DNA from: Mobula hypostoma
Taxonomy: Eukaryota
Length of the DNA stretch: 64,000 bases
NCBI RefSeq assembly: GCF_963921235.1
Contig: NC_086097.1
Span: 86,988,001-87,052,000 of the forward strand
Reading direction: 5' to 3'
Every line of letters begins with the position of its first letter. Position 1 is the stretch's first letter. Made by a program: the position numbers and the translations under genes. Positions 25,938-36,761 of this stretch are shown one piece after another. Below the pieces are notes generated by a model that was not told the origin of the DNA, ran no database searches, and saw nothing but the letters and a program-made list of their open reading frames with translations.

Positions 25938-26357
25938 TGTCATCAATCACGGTCTCGGTTGCGCAGTAGATTCGGCAATTGTGCTCATGTATATGGATGT
26001 GTCAGCTAATTATTATTTCATTCTGGCGGTATTTAACTCCATTCTTTTCATTGTAGACTTGAGCAATGCACAGCAACGTTACACTGCCTGCTTGCATTCG
26101 GCCTTGCATGAGAAAGTGGACTATTGAGTCAACTGATGCTGAAGACTAACGGTATTCATTTCATATTTAGATATTCCTATCAGCTGCAACGTTGGCATCT
26201 AGTTTTCAGTTTGAGAGTTTTGGTTAATGGCCCTGTTTGGCCTAGCATTTATTGTTTTCCTTCTCTTTAAAATCCTGTTTGCATTAAAGTCTGTGAACTA
26301 TTTACCTGCTTCAGTGTTTCTCTTTCCTCACTTGGACCATATCCAAATGTACTGACA
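25938..26357 (+). repeat. 3' LTR of chromovirus
   Basis: TGTCA...TGACA; direct repeat of 21667-22095. Confidence 0.95.
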
Positions 26358-26890
26358 TATGTAGATGGAGTTAAAGCAAAATCTGGCCGTGCAGTCACGA
26401 GTATATAAGGAGTCAAGTAGGGGGCTGAGGATGCAGCCACACTTCAGTGTTGTGGATAATCATGGCTGGAGGTGTTGCTGCTTATCCTTACTGGTTACAG
26501 TCTGCTGGTCAGAAAGTCAAGATCCTTTTGCAAAGGGAGGTATTGTGTTCCAGGTCTAGGAGTTTGGTGATGAGTTTGTTTGAAATTATAGTATTGAAGG
26601 TGAAGCTGTCCTCAATAACAATTGTAAAACGTGATCATTTTTACTGTCCCGGTGCTACAGGGGTGAGTGGACCTGTTCCTCAGTAACAGAATTGCAGTGA
26701 GTCATGGTTACTTTTGAGTTGATGTGTGCCATGACCAGCCTCTTTAAGCACTTCATGATGGTGGATGTCAGAGCTACCAGGCGGTAGATATTATAGCATG
26801 TTACCTTATTTATCTTAGGTACTGGGATAAGTAGTGGTTTTCTTAAAGCAAGTGGGAACCTCAGAGTGAAGTAGGGAGGGTTTAATAATA

Positions 26891-27044
26891 CAGGTCGACC
26901 TTCACTAATCCAACTACCTGTAATCCGGTTCCTTCGATAATCCGGCACTGATTATGCTTAATGTGATCCTTCTGTAATTCGGCATTTTCACTAATCCGGC
27001 ATTCCTCAGATTCCAATGGTGCCGGATTATTGAAGGTCGACCTG
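26891..27044. mobile_element. 154-bp Tc1/mariner-superfamily (pogo/Tigger-like) MITE
   Basis: TIR CAGGTCGACCTTCA(C/A)TAATCC, TA on both sides, and a second copy at 31754-31907. Confidence 0.92.
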
Positions 27045-27475
27045 TATAAGCAAATACTCCCACCAACTGATCTGCACAGGATCTAACAGTACAACCAGGG
27101 ACATCAGCGAGGTCAAATGCTTTCTGTGGATTCTCTCTCCAGAAGACTGATCTGATGTCTGCAGTGGTGACTGTTGATTCAGGTACATTGAAAGCTATCA
27201 GAGTGAGAGAATGCACTGTTGTTGATGATGCTACCAAGCAAAATTTTTTTCAAAAGTTCTTGCAAATAAGCCCTGCCACAATTGGCAGTTGACCTGGGAT
27301 TGACTTTAAAAGGATATTTTGTTTCTTGGCATCCCTGGTAGTTTTACTGAGGTTGTACTTTAATCTCTTGTATAGATCAGGATTGTCTGATCTAAACCCT
27401 GCAGTCCTGGACTCTCCCAGTACATCCATGGTTTCAGATTTGGGAACACCCAGCTTGATCTCTTTGGTACATAGC

Positions 27476-27800
27476 CAATGTTCCCTCTGAGGAGTGTTTG
27501 TGTGCGTGGGCACACACCTTTTGCTATTAGGGCACAAAAGAATTTAAACCTTGCACACAAGGTTGTCACCCTCTATCTTACTGGCAGGTTAAGTATATTT
27601 CACAATCATACACAATCACATTTCCTTCTCCGATTTCTGCTGCGGATGGTGTTGACAACGTGGAGTTTGTGATAATTTGTCTGCAGATTTTAGAACTGGC
27701 TTATTTATACTGTTTTTATTGAAGAAATTATTCAGTGCGCACATGTTGTCACTGGGCAAAAATTGCACAGCACAGGATTTTTGCGCACACTGGTCATTAC
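27476..27800. mobile_element. Probable partial hAT-type MITE
   Basis: Begins CAATGTTCCCTCT where the Rex1 homology stops and contains repeated tgcgcaca motifs. No right TIR was found. Confidence 0.4.
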
Positions 27801-28924
27801 ATTGTACGTAGCTCTCTACACATTTGCTGAAAAATATCCCTGGTAATATTTTTCTTGGACTCAGAGTCACAGATAAGTATGACTTATTCTACACTGGATA
27901 CAAAGCTTGTTACTTATGATTATATAGAATTGCAAATTCCTACGTTCTAAAGCAAAGGAAGAAACATGAGCATTACATAAACTAAGCTGTGGAGTTTCAG
28001 TGACAGCTGCCTTACAATGGAACCTATATTTGGTCTCTGCCTGTGGTCCATGAGTTTTCACGCATTCTAGCAACTGTTTAGTCATATGGGCAAATCACAA
28101 GTTTGCTTTGATTCTGTCAATATTAAACCTCATTGGAAGGCTACACATGCTTTCCTAGGGTTACTGACATCTTCCGAACTCAAAACCCATTCAACTGGTG
28201 AACATTAAGTCAATACCAGAACTAGGATATATCCAGGTTTAGATTTTGTCCTGACATCCTTGATAGTTTGTAGATCAGAGTTTGACCATAGATCTGTAAC
28301 GTTTGATAATACTATCAACCAAAGTTCTTATTGTAGAACTGAAGGCAGTTGAAAAGGGATTTTCCAGGCTAATTCCAGAAATGAGAGGTTTTCTATAAAG
28401 AAAGGCTAAACAAAATGTGTCTATATTCTTTAGAGTTTAGAAGAACGAGTAAGATACTGAGATATCTGAGCTCTTTAGGGGCATGACACGATAGATGTTG
28501 ATAAGTTTTCCTTGGTAGCAATGTCTCAGGCAAGAATATTTACAGGATTAAAGGCAGGTCATTTAACATTAGGTGCATAGAAATTTAATTTTTGCAGAGG
28601 GTGGTTGATTTACAGAAACCTATTCCCTGCAGGTTTTTTTAGACTAGATAATCAGAAGTACATAAGGTGGAGGTTAGTAAATATTCGAAAGATTGGGAAC
28701 TGAACATTGTGGGGAATCGGCACAGAGAGGAGTTGAAGCCATCGATCATATGGAATGCTAGTCTTCCATCTGATCCTATTTTCTTTGTTCTGTAATCTTG
28801 TACTGACCTGGATTATTTGGATGGTATCATTGCCTTTGATCTGGATAAAAGTAATTTCAAAGACAATTTGGAAAGCTTTTTATGTCTGATAATGTTCTGT
28901 CTTTAGTGGCAAGGGTCAAAGACC

Positions 28925-29360
28925 AGAACAGAAACATACAAACATAGAAAATAGGTGCAGGAGTAGGACATTCAGCCCTTCGAGCCTGCACCGCCATTCA
29001 GTATGATCATGGCTGATCATCCAACTCAGAACCCTGTACCAGCCTTCCCTCCATACCCCCTGATCCCCGTAGCGACAAGGGCCATATCTAACTCCCTCTT
29101 AAATATAGCCAATGAACTGGCCTCAACTGTTTCCTGTGGCAGAGAATTCCACAGATTCACCACTCTCTGTGCGAAGAAGTTTTTCCTCATCTCGGTCCTA
29201 AAAGGCTTCCCCTTTATCCTCAAACTGTGACCCCTCATTCTGGACATCCCCAACATCGGGAACAATCTTCCTGCATCTAGCCTGTCCAATCCCTTTAGGA
29301 TCTTATACGTTTCAATAAGATCCCCCCTCAATCTTCTAAATTCCAACGAGTATAAGCCTA
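28925..29360 (-). mobile_element. Young CR1 3' fragment amid older plus-strand CR1 debris (28350-30230)
   Basis: Uninterrupted LGLYSLEFRRLRGDLIETYKILKG...GYGGKAGTGF and a (TTTCTATG)-type tail. Confidence 0.95.
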
Positions 29361-30666
29361 AATGTTGGCACATGTTCTGTAATGCGTGACCCTTAAATTG
29401 ATGGTTAGACATTCAGCTAATGAACATCTCCAAACAGAATGAGATAGCTCATGAATCTGCTTAGTGATCTTAAAAGAATATATCAGTTTACCTCAAAGAA
29501 CTGATGCAAAAAAAAGTTGCAAATCCTTATGAATGTGTACATCTGTTAATACTGCTATTTCTTAGCAATTATACAAGCCTGAGCCTCAAGTATTACAAAC
29601 AGGTTTGGTCTCCCTACCAAAGGAACAATATATTTTCGGCAGAGGAAACATAGTGAAGATTTTCACCAGGTTGACTTCTGAGATTTCGAGTTGGTGAGGG
29701 TTGGGTTATTCTGTGAGTTTAGATTAAGTAGCAACATAAAATGGTTGGACAGGTATATAGATAGGAAGAGTTATGGGAAAACGGACCAAACACAGGAAAA
29801 CTGGAATAGCTTAAATAGGCATCTTGGTTGGAATGGACCAGTTAGGCTGAAGAGCCTGTTTCCATGCTGATTTACCTGATGACACCATGACTCACCTAAA
29901 CACTCCTAACTTGGAAAAATAGGGAGATGTTTTCATTAAAACATAAAATTATTGTGGGATTTGACTCCCCTTCTTTGAATGTTGAGAACAAAGTTAAAAT
30001 GAAGTCATTTAGGACAAAGATGAAAAGTCCTCAACGGGAAGGAATCTTTGGAATTTTGTACCTAAGAGGGCTAAGAAGATACAGACATCTAATATAGTCA
30101 ATTCAGGAAGTCAATAGATTTTTAGATATTCAAGGAATTGAGGGATATCATTTTTATATCAGAAGACACTTGGATGTAAATGATCAGCCATAATCTTACA
30201 CTGAATTGTAGTGCAGGCATCTGGAAATCTAAATGCATTTATCTAAAAGTTCCTTTCTGTTGGATTGGTCTGTAAAACTGTTATTTTTCTTATAGTTTGA
30301 CTTTCTTATGTTTGTTTGTATTTTTATATAATCATTTAGATGCAGTGATTTTTCGGGAGCTTTTCAGTGGTTACAGTTGCCTCTGTATTTTTTGGAAACT
30401 TCTTGATTTCAGTGGCTGGTGCCGCATTACATGAATCTGACCATTTAATTCATTGACTGTTATCCGTTGGAACTTCAATGCTTTGGGATAAGAAGACCAG
30501 ATCACCTTTGCTTGCTTTTTTTTTCCTTATTGTCTCTCAACATGCTTCTTCCTTTGTCTTCTTTGTTCCTGTAACACAATAAAACAATCATAAGGAACAA
30601 GTTTTATGCCTCATTCTTAGCTATCATAGAAACTTTGGATTGCAAAAGTATCAGGATCGAACAGCT

Positions 30667-30684
30667 TGGCGTAGTTGGCAGGAT
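30667..30684 (+). other. Primer binding site, tRNA-Ser
   Basis: TGGCGTAGTTGGCAGGAT versus the complement of the vertebrate tRNA-Ser 3' end, TGGCGTAGTCGGCAGGAT (17/18; the difference would still pair G-U). Confidence 0.88.
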
Positions 30685-31753
30685 GGTTGTGAAGCTCTAA
30701 GGACTTGGAATAATCCCAGACAAAGTGGAAAGTTTTAGCACAAACATTCAACGGGAGGTAAGACTGCCTTCTTTATATTCCTTCATCAGCAAAATCATTT
30801 AGTTCTCCCTTCAAAACACCATCTAAAGAAAGTTTTAGAGTGAAAGAAAACAGTACTACACTTTGCTCTATTCTGATAAAGTTAAATAAGCAATAAAATA
30901 CTTCAGTTTCAATATGTTGAGACCTAGTTTGCAATCTGGTGAGAAAAAAAACAAACACAAATAAAAGTGCCCTGCATAACAAATTTTCTTACAAGTCAGT
31001 GGAGTACCAACCAAATTGAAATTGTTACAAGCTGGTGGAGTGCCAATAAAGTCATCAGGTTGCCCAAGTTAATGGTAAAAGCAAGCACAAATTAAGTGAT
31101 ATGTGCAACAAAATTAAGACAATGGTCAAAGTAGTGAAATCCACTACTGAAAAAGGGGAATCTGAACCTTCAGTTGTTACATGTGAACAATTGGAGCTTT
31201 AGATTCTTACCTGAACAAAGTATCTCAATTTGGCCCAAATGATGAAGAAATCAGCATGAAATATACTATCAATGTCGAGTCTAATGAAATGTGGCTTTAA
31301 TACCATGTTAAAAAGGTTTGGGTAAAAACTAGAGAATGCCTGAAGGAAAGATGAAATGAATGGACTTCAGCAGTCTTAATGCAGTTAAAGAAACATACAC
31401 GCATGCATTTGGAAAGTCGAATGTATGGGTTAACAGAGCCTAAGAAAAGGTTAACTAAAGAACTGGGAAGGGAAAAGGAAAATTGTAATAAACTACAAAA
31501 ATAGTATGACAGAGACAGTAAAATTTTAGAGAGCAAATCTTTGCATTAACTTAACGAGTAAAAAAAAATCATAATAAGTGTAGGACTTCAAATGGACTGT
31601 CCTACCAGTGATGCTCCTCCTTGGGGAGTACCTTCTACAGTGGCCAGTGTTTCAAGACAGCACCACCATTCAAACTCCAAGGAGTTACGAAATGAATATG
31701 ATTTGGACTCTACAGCAATCTCTACTGACTCAAGTGAGGATGATGATTAAATA

Positions 31754-31907
31754 CAGGTTGACCTTCACTAATCCGACTACCTGTAATCTGGTTCCTTCGA
31801 TAATCCGGCACTGGTTATGCTTAATGTGATCCTTCTGTAATTCAGCATTTTCACTAATCTGGCACTCCTCAGGTTCCAATGGTGCTGGATTAGTGAAGGT
31901 CGACCTG
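31754..31907. mobile_element. 154-bp pogo/Tigger-like MITE, second copy
   Basis: Same TIRs and length as 26891-27044; TA on both sides. Confidence 0.92.
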
Positions 31908-32321
31908 TAATAGGTTTGGTAGCCATATCACTATTTGCCCCAATAAAGGCCAAGGAAGTGAAGACATGCAGGTCTGGAGATGAAACCTATGAAAGGAGGC
32001 AGATATTTTTTTTATCACCCACCTGAACTTTAATGTATTGAGACATACAGAAATTGCACCTATATGATAGCCTCCAAATGTGGCTTTCTCTGCAAATCAG
32101 ACAGTTGACTTGTAGAGTTGACAACAGCATAGGAGATGATAAATAAAATCTACAAGGTGGTTGGGATTCTTTTAAAAGGTGCCTGGAAGAACAGAGTCCA
32201 ATACAGACTGACGGGGGGAAAGTGGCTGACTGCAAGCAAAAAGATTTCTGAGGAAGTTTCTGAATATGAGGAACGCTATAGGACAATGCTGTTAAGTTAC
32301 TCAGGAGTTCTGTGAATAAAG

Positions 32322-32574
32322 ATTTACTTTAATTTAGAGATATAGCACAGTAATAGGACTTTCCAGGCCAATGAGCCCGTGCTGCCCAATTCTACTATGT
32401 GACCAATGAACCTTCTAACCCTTCTACATACCTGGAATGTGGGAGGAAACCGGAACACCCAAAGGAAACCCATCCCATCATGGGGAGGACGTACAAACTC
32501 CTTATGAGCAGTGGCAGGAATTCCACCACGGTTGCTGGTACTGAAATAACGTTATGCTAGCCACTACGCCACCC
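32322..32574 (-). mobile_element. HE1-like V-SINE
   Basis: tRNA-like head (ggtggcgtagtggctagc), V domain (gggtttcctttgggtgttccggtttcctcccaca) and CR1-type tail. Confidence 0.8.
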
Positions 32575-33099
32575 TAAGTTATAATAGAGGAAACTACATA
32601 TCATCTCTTAAAATCAAACTTGACGGATGGCCTGAAACCAGACATTGCCATAATGGTGAAATTGACAAAACTGAACTGGAATGGAACAGGTGTTCCATAT
32701 AGTGAGCTGGTGCAAGCCCCCAAGCAAGTGGAACCGAGTAAGATCATTACAGATGGGGCTGTTATCTGTTGATCAACAGCTATTGCAGGTGGAAAACCAA
32801 CAAAAAAATCGAGACTGGAATTCACCATGTGCAACTCCATCCCACAAATGTCGGGAAGCCATGACCTGACAACATGGTTTCAATAAGCAATTCTGGATGT
32901 AATGGGTGTATGGTTGAATTTTAAAATAATGACCAAATCCTTCTCTGCAGCCCTTGCTTGCCTAGGTAGAGCAAAAACTAGGCTGCTTATATGTTAATTT
33001 ATTGATAAGGGATGAAGGTGCAGAATTCTTATTGGACACAGAGAAATATGATGACTAGTATAATAACATGCTGTGAAGATGCAAATTATTACAAGGAAA

Positions 33100-34710
33100 T
33101 CCCTTTATTGAACCCAGATCTGATTCTGTACATCGATACCTTCTCAATCATTGAGGGAAGAGTTTGAATGGCTGGATGTGTCATTGTTTCTGAAATTGAA
33201 GTGTTAGCATCAGGAAGCATGATTCCTGGTACCTCAGCAATACAGGCAGAACCAAAAGCCCTGATTGAAGCCTGTAAGATGAAGGAAGCAAGATCAGCTA
33301 GCATCTACATGAATTCTTGATACGCTTTTAGAGTTGTTCATGACTTTGGAAACTTATGGAAGCAAAGGAGATTTCTTACAGCTTTAGGAGCCACAATCAA
33401 GAATGGCCAACTAGCAGAAGAAGTAATGGATGTTAAGTCACTGCTATCAGAAGAAACTGTATTAAAATATGAAGGTAATTCCAAATGAATACAATGGAAA
33501 GCTGTGGAAATGCATTTGTGGACAATATTGCAAAAAAAAAGCCAGTACAGGAATAGGTAAAACAAGTAAAAGGAGTAAAAGAAGTTAAATAATTAAAAGA
33601 AGTACAGAGAATATATGAAGTTAACTTGACAACTGAAGTTATGGAAATAAGTTTGAAATCTTTATCACAGGTGAACATATAAGACATTTGAGAAATGCAA
33701 GCTCAATGCTCTCAGGAAGAAAAATGGTTCTGGATGGAGAATGGTGGTAAATTAAACAGTGAGGGAGCATGGAGATATGGCACTTGTCATAGACTAACAG
33801 CTCAAACTATGTTACTTCGTAATTGGGCGCAGCAGATACACTCCCTCGGACACACTGGAGTGAACAAGATTTAGGACGCAATCTTGACCAGCATTGGAAA
33901 TATGCATGACATGCCAGGAAACGAATCCTACAGCAGCGGAAAAGCTACCACAGCTAAGTGCTCCTGCCCCATCTGGTCCATTTTTACACTTACAAGTGGA
34001 CTACATTACTTTAATAAAGTATCAAGGTTACTCAGACGTGTTGGTAATAGTGGACAGTTTTCAAGATGGGTGAAACCTTCTGCCACACATACAGCAAAAG
34101 CTAATCAAGGACTATATTCCTAGATGGGGATTGCCATGTTACATTGATTCTGACCAAGGAACACATTTCACTGGGAGTGTGTGTCGGGAATTATGTTGAC
34201 GAACGACAATTGAATGGTTTTCCATTGTTCATATCATCCACAGTCATTATGACGTGTCGAACAACTAAATGGAATCATCAAACAACGACTGACTAGGTAC
34301 CATGAAGAAAACATACCATGACCAGAAACCCTTCCTATGGCCTTACGTTGCAATCCAAAATAAGAAAACTATAGTAGGTCAATTCGAGGTAGTAACACGG
34401 TGTCCCATTTCGCTGCTGGGAGCTCTTGGTCTCAGAGAGGCTGGTACATATATTATGACAGAAAATTTAGTTTAACTATTCTGTGAAATTAACTCAGTCT
34501 GTACAGTCTGTCTCTCAGCAAGTTTCTGCTGCTTGGAGTGATCGAACAGAAGGAAGACTCACCTTGATTCTTGGTGAATGGGTCCTGAACAAAAAAACCA
34601 CATAAGGAGCCTTTGGGAGCTCATTGGGAAAGTCCTTTTCATGTGCTGTTAATTACTAACTCAGTGATAAAAGTAGAAGGTATAAGTAAGTGTATACACA
34701 CCAGCTAAAG
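33100..34710 (+). pseudogene. pol: ERV pol remnant (RNase H + integrase)
   Basis: PLLNPDLILYID...SAIQAEPKALIEAC...IYMNS*YAFRVVHDFGNLWKQRRFLT; HSLGHTG; GPFLHLQVDYI; LVIVDSFSRWV; YIPRWGLPCYIDSDQGTHFTG; HCSYHPQS; WESPFHVLLITNS. Confidence 0.92.
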
Positions 34711-34849
34711 TATAAATTGGTAAGTTACAATAATAATAAACAAAATCAGTAAACTTAATGTCTAGTAGCTATGAACTTTGTTTGACGTCTTCTGACAGAC
34801 TAGCAGCATTATAAGAACATTGACTTTAGTGCTTGTTATCTTCAATGGT

Positions 34850-35648
34850 ATCACTTTTTCAAAAAGAGTTTCACCTTTACTATCTGTCTTAAGCTTTCAG
34901 GCAAAAAGCATTCTGTCTTTGGTATGACCATTGTTTAAAAACCTAACGTATGTCATGAGAAGGGCTTCATTATCACATAATGCGCTTTAATCGATTTGTA
35001 GGGCAAACTTCAAACAACTTACAGTTGTGCAAAACTAGTTGTTTTCCATATCATCTGACATTTCATCAATACGCCTTGATATTGATGAGTTGCTCAAAGG
35101 GATGTCTTGAAATGTGCTCTGATTCATAAACAGTAGAAATTACAACAAAAACTGCAGGCAGACTCAATGATTCACCTATATCATAAACACAAGAAATTCT
35201 GCAGATGCTGGAAGTCCAAAGTAAAACACACAAAACGTTGGAGGAACTTGGCAAGTTAGGCAGCATCTATGGAAATGAACAAACATTCGACATTTTGGAT
35301 CAAGACTCTTCTTCAGGACTCTTATATAATATGGTTTGCCAGCTTTTGCAATTAAGTTTGAAATCCCATACGATGCAGTTAAACCTTTTTCCATCTTATC
35401 TACTTTTTCACAAAACATTTGCTTTACTGTTGGCCTTGAGTGAAAATCACCACATTGTTGTTTGAAGTAATCGACTGTCTTGTCTTTCTTGTCCTTCCTC
35501 TGCTGACATGCGGCATGCTTTCATTTGAAAATGTAGTCATACAGATTAGACACAGTGGCATCTTTTTGTCCTGTGGGGTTGGAATAAAACCATGAGCAAG
35601 ACATCTCAATGGAATATTGCTGACATTTTTCTTTGCCACAGTAGCCAT
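34850..35648 (-). pseudogene. hAT (Buster/Charlie, SCAND3/ZBED5-like) transposase N-terminal relic
   Basis: GFIP...PLCLIC...FSNESM (BED-like), ASYGISNLIAKAGKP, IGESLSLPA, IPLSNSSISRRIDEMSDD, FALQID and NEALLMTYVR. Interrupted at 35181-35323. Confidence 0.88.
35181..35323 (-). mobile_element. Penelope-derived short repeat with decayed hammerhead
   Basis: Clean insertion into the transposase coding sequence. Minus strand 35284-35320 reads AGUC-CUGAAGA-A-GAGUCUUGAUCC-AAAA-U-GUC-GAAUG. Confidence 0.75.
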
Positions 35649-36761
35649 GGCTTATCTGATATATATAAAAAGAAAAATAAAAAATATATATTTGTATGCA
35701 TTCTTGATCATTAAATCTGCTGAGTCCTTCAGAAGATGGTGAAAACGCTTATTCATTAAGACAGCTTAAAAGAATTTGCTTAAAGGGAAATTACAGGCTG
35801 CAGATTGCAGTGGGAGTAATTCAGATGAGGTATATTTAGAAGACTTGTAAGCAGCCTGCAACACGTCACCATGATTCATCACTGCCATCTTGGATCAGGC
35901 TTGTGCAATACTAGACCCAGAGGAGCAATTAAAGTTAACGATAAATTGTGGCCTACCCACCAATGCTCAAGTCCTGTGTGTAAACTTTATTTTAGAAATT
36001 GTCCTGGAGTTGAAAAATGAGCTTTTGTTTCTTATATACAAATATAAATGAAACATTATTTCATTTGATAATTCAACATTTTGTGCTATTAAGCTGATAC
36101 AAACCAGAAAATATCAGAGCTATATCTTATCCATAGCAGGAGCTATTATTTCCATCCTTTATTTTCCTGGAGCTTCCCCTAAGATTAACCCACAATGGCT
36201 GACTTACTTTTCTCTTCATCTCGGAAGAGCTATGGGCAAAAATACCTTAGCATTTTATTTCCTGTTATGCAGCACCACTGAAAGCTAACTTGCACACTAA
36301 CCAAACGTTCATTGCAAAATATTGCAGAAAGCAATTTATTAAAACTAGCAAGCTGCCTCCAGAAACTAAATCCCATAGGTTTCCCACAGTCTATTGAAGC
36401 AGCAGTGGAATTATCTTCCTTCTCATTATTTTTGAAGTGTCCTTTAAATAGAGTTCCATGGCATGACAAAGGATGATTCACTTGCTGTACTGGAAAACTG
36501 GCATTGTGTATACATTTGCATCAATGACTCTTAGTCATAATATCATTCTTGTAAGAGGAATGACATTAACAGTTATAAAGGAAAAATTTAAGGTACATTC
36601 ACACATATAATTTACTACAGCTCAATGATTACCGTTGGAAAACAAAATGTTCATGTGCCATTCTGCCTTTCTCTTTTCAAATAGGTTTACATCTCAAAAA
36701 TGATAGACAGACTACTGTGATTTCTAGGATAACATCTATCTCAGAAAACCTAGCATTAAAT

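Larger units (their letters stand above)
21667..26357 (+). mobile_element. Ty3/Gypsy chromovirus (Sushi/Tf1-like), full length but degenerate
   Basis: Direct LTRs with TGTCA...TGACA ends, a PPT (agggaagggag) before the 3' LTR, degenerate 5-bp TSD CACGT/TATGT, and gag-PR-RT-RH-IN-chromodomain remnants in order. Confidence 0.95.
20860..27475 (-). mobile_element. Rex1/Babar LINE split by the Gypsy element and a MITE (pieces 20860-21666 and 26358-27475)
   Basis: KLQKVVDTAQHI, IPVPK...YRLVALTSTIMKCLKRLV and VRSCADQLVGVF motifs. The RT FADD region is continuous across the Gypsy insertion. Confidence 0.85.
31101..32900 (+). pseudogene. gag: ERV gag remnant
   Basis: TD(W)GKVADCKQKD/SEEVSEYEER (MHR-like, about 32205-32277) and LKSNLTDGLKPDIA (about 32609-32650). 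Many stops and two insertions. Confidence 0.6.
30340..34720 (+). mobile_element. Degenerate endogenous retrovirus (class I, epsilon/gamma-like): 5' LTR end, PBS, gag, RNase H, integrase
   Basis: LTR-like end (...GAACA 30663) followed by a tRNA-Ser PBS, capsid-like motifs, and retroviral RNase H and integrase motifs. The left boundary is uncertain. Confidence 0.85.

Noticed and set aside
32500..32574. tRNA gene
   Set aside because: A degenerate tRNA-derived SINE head followed by a V domain and LINE tail; no intact cloverleaf.
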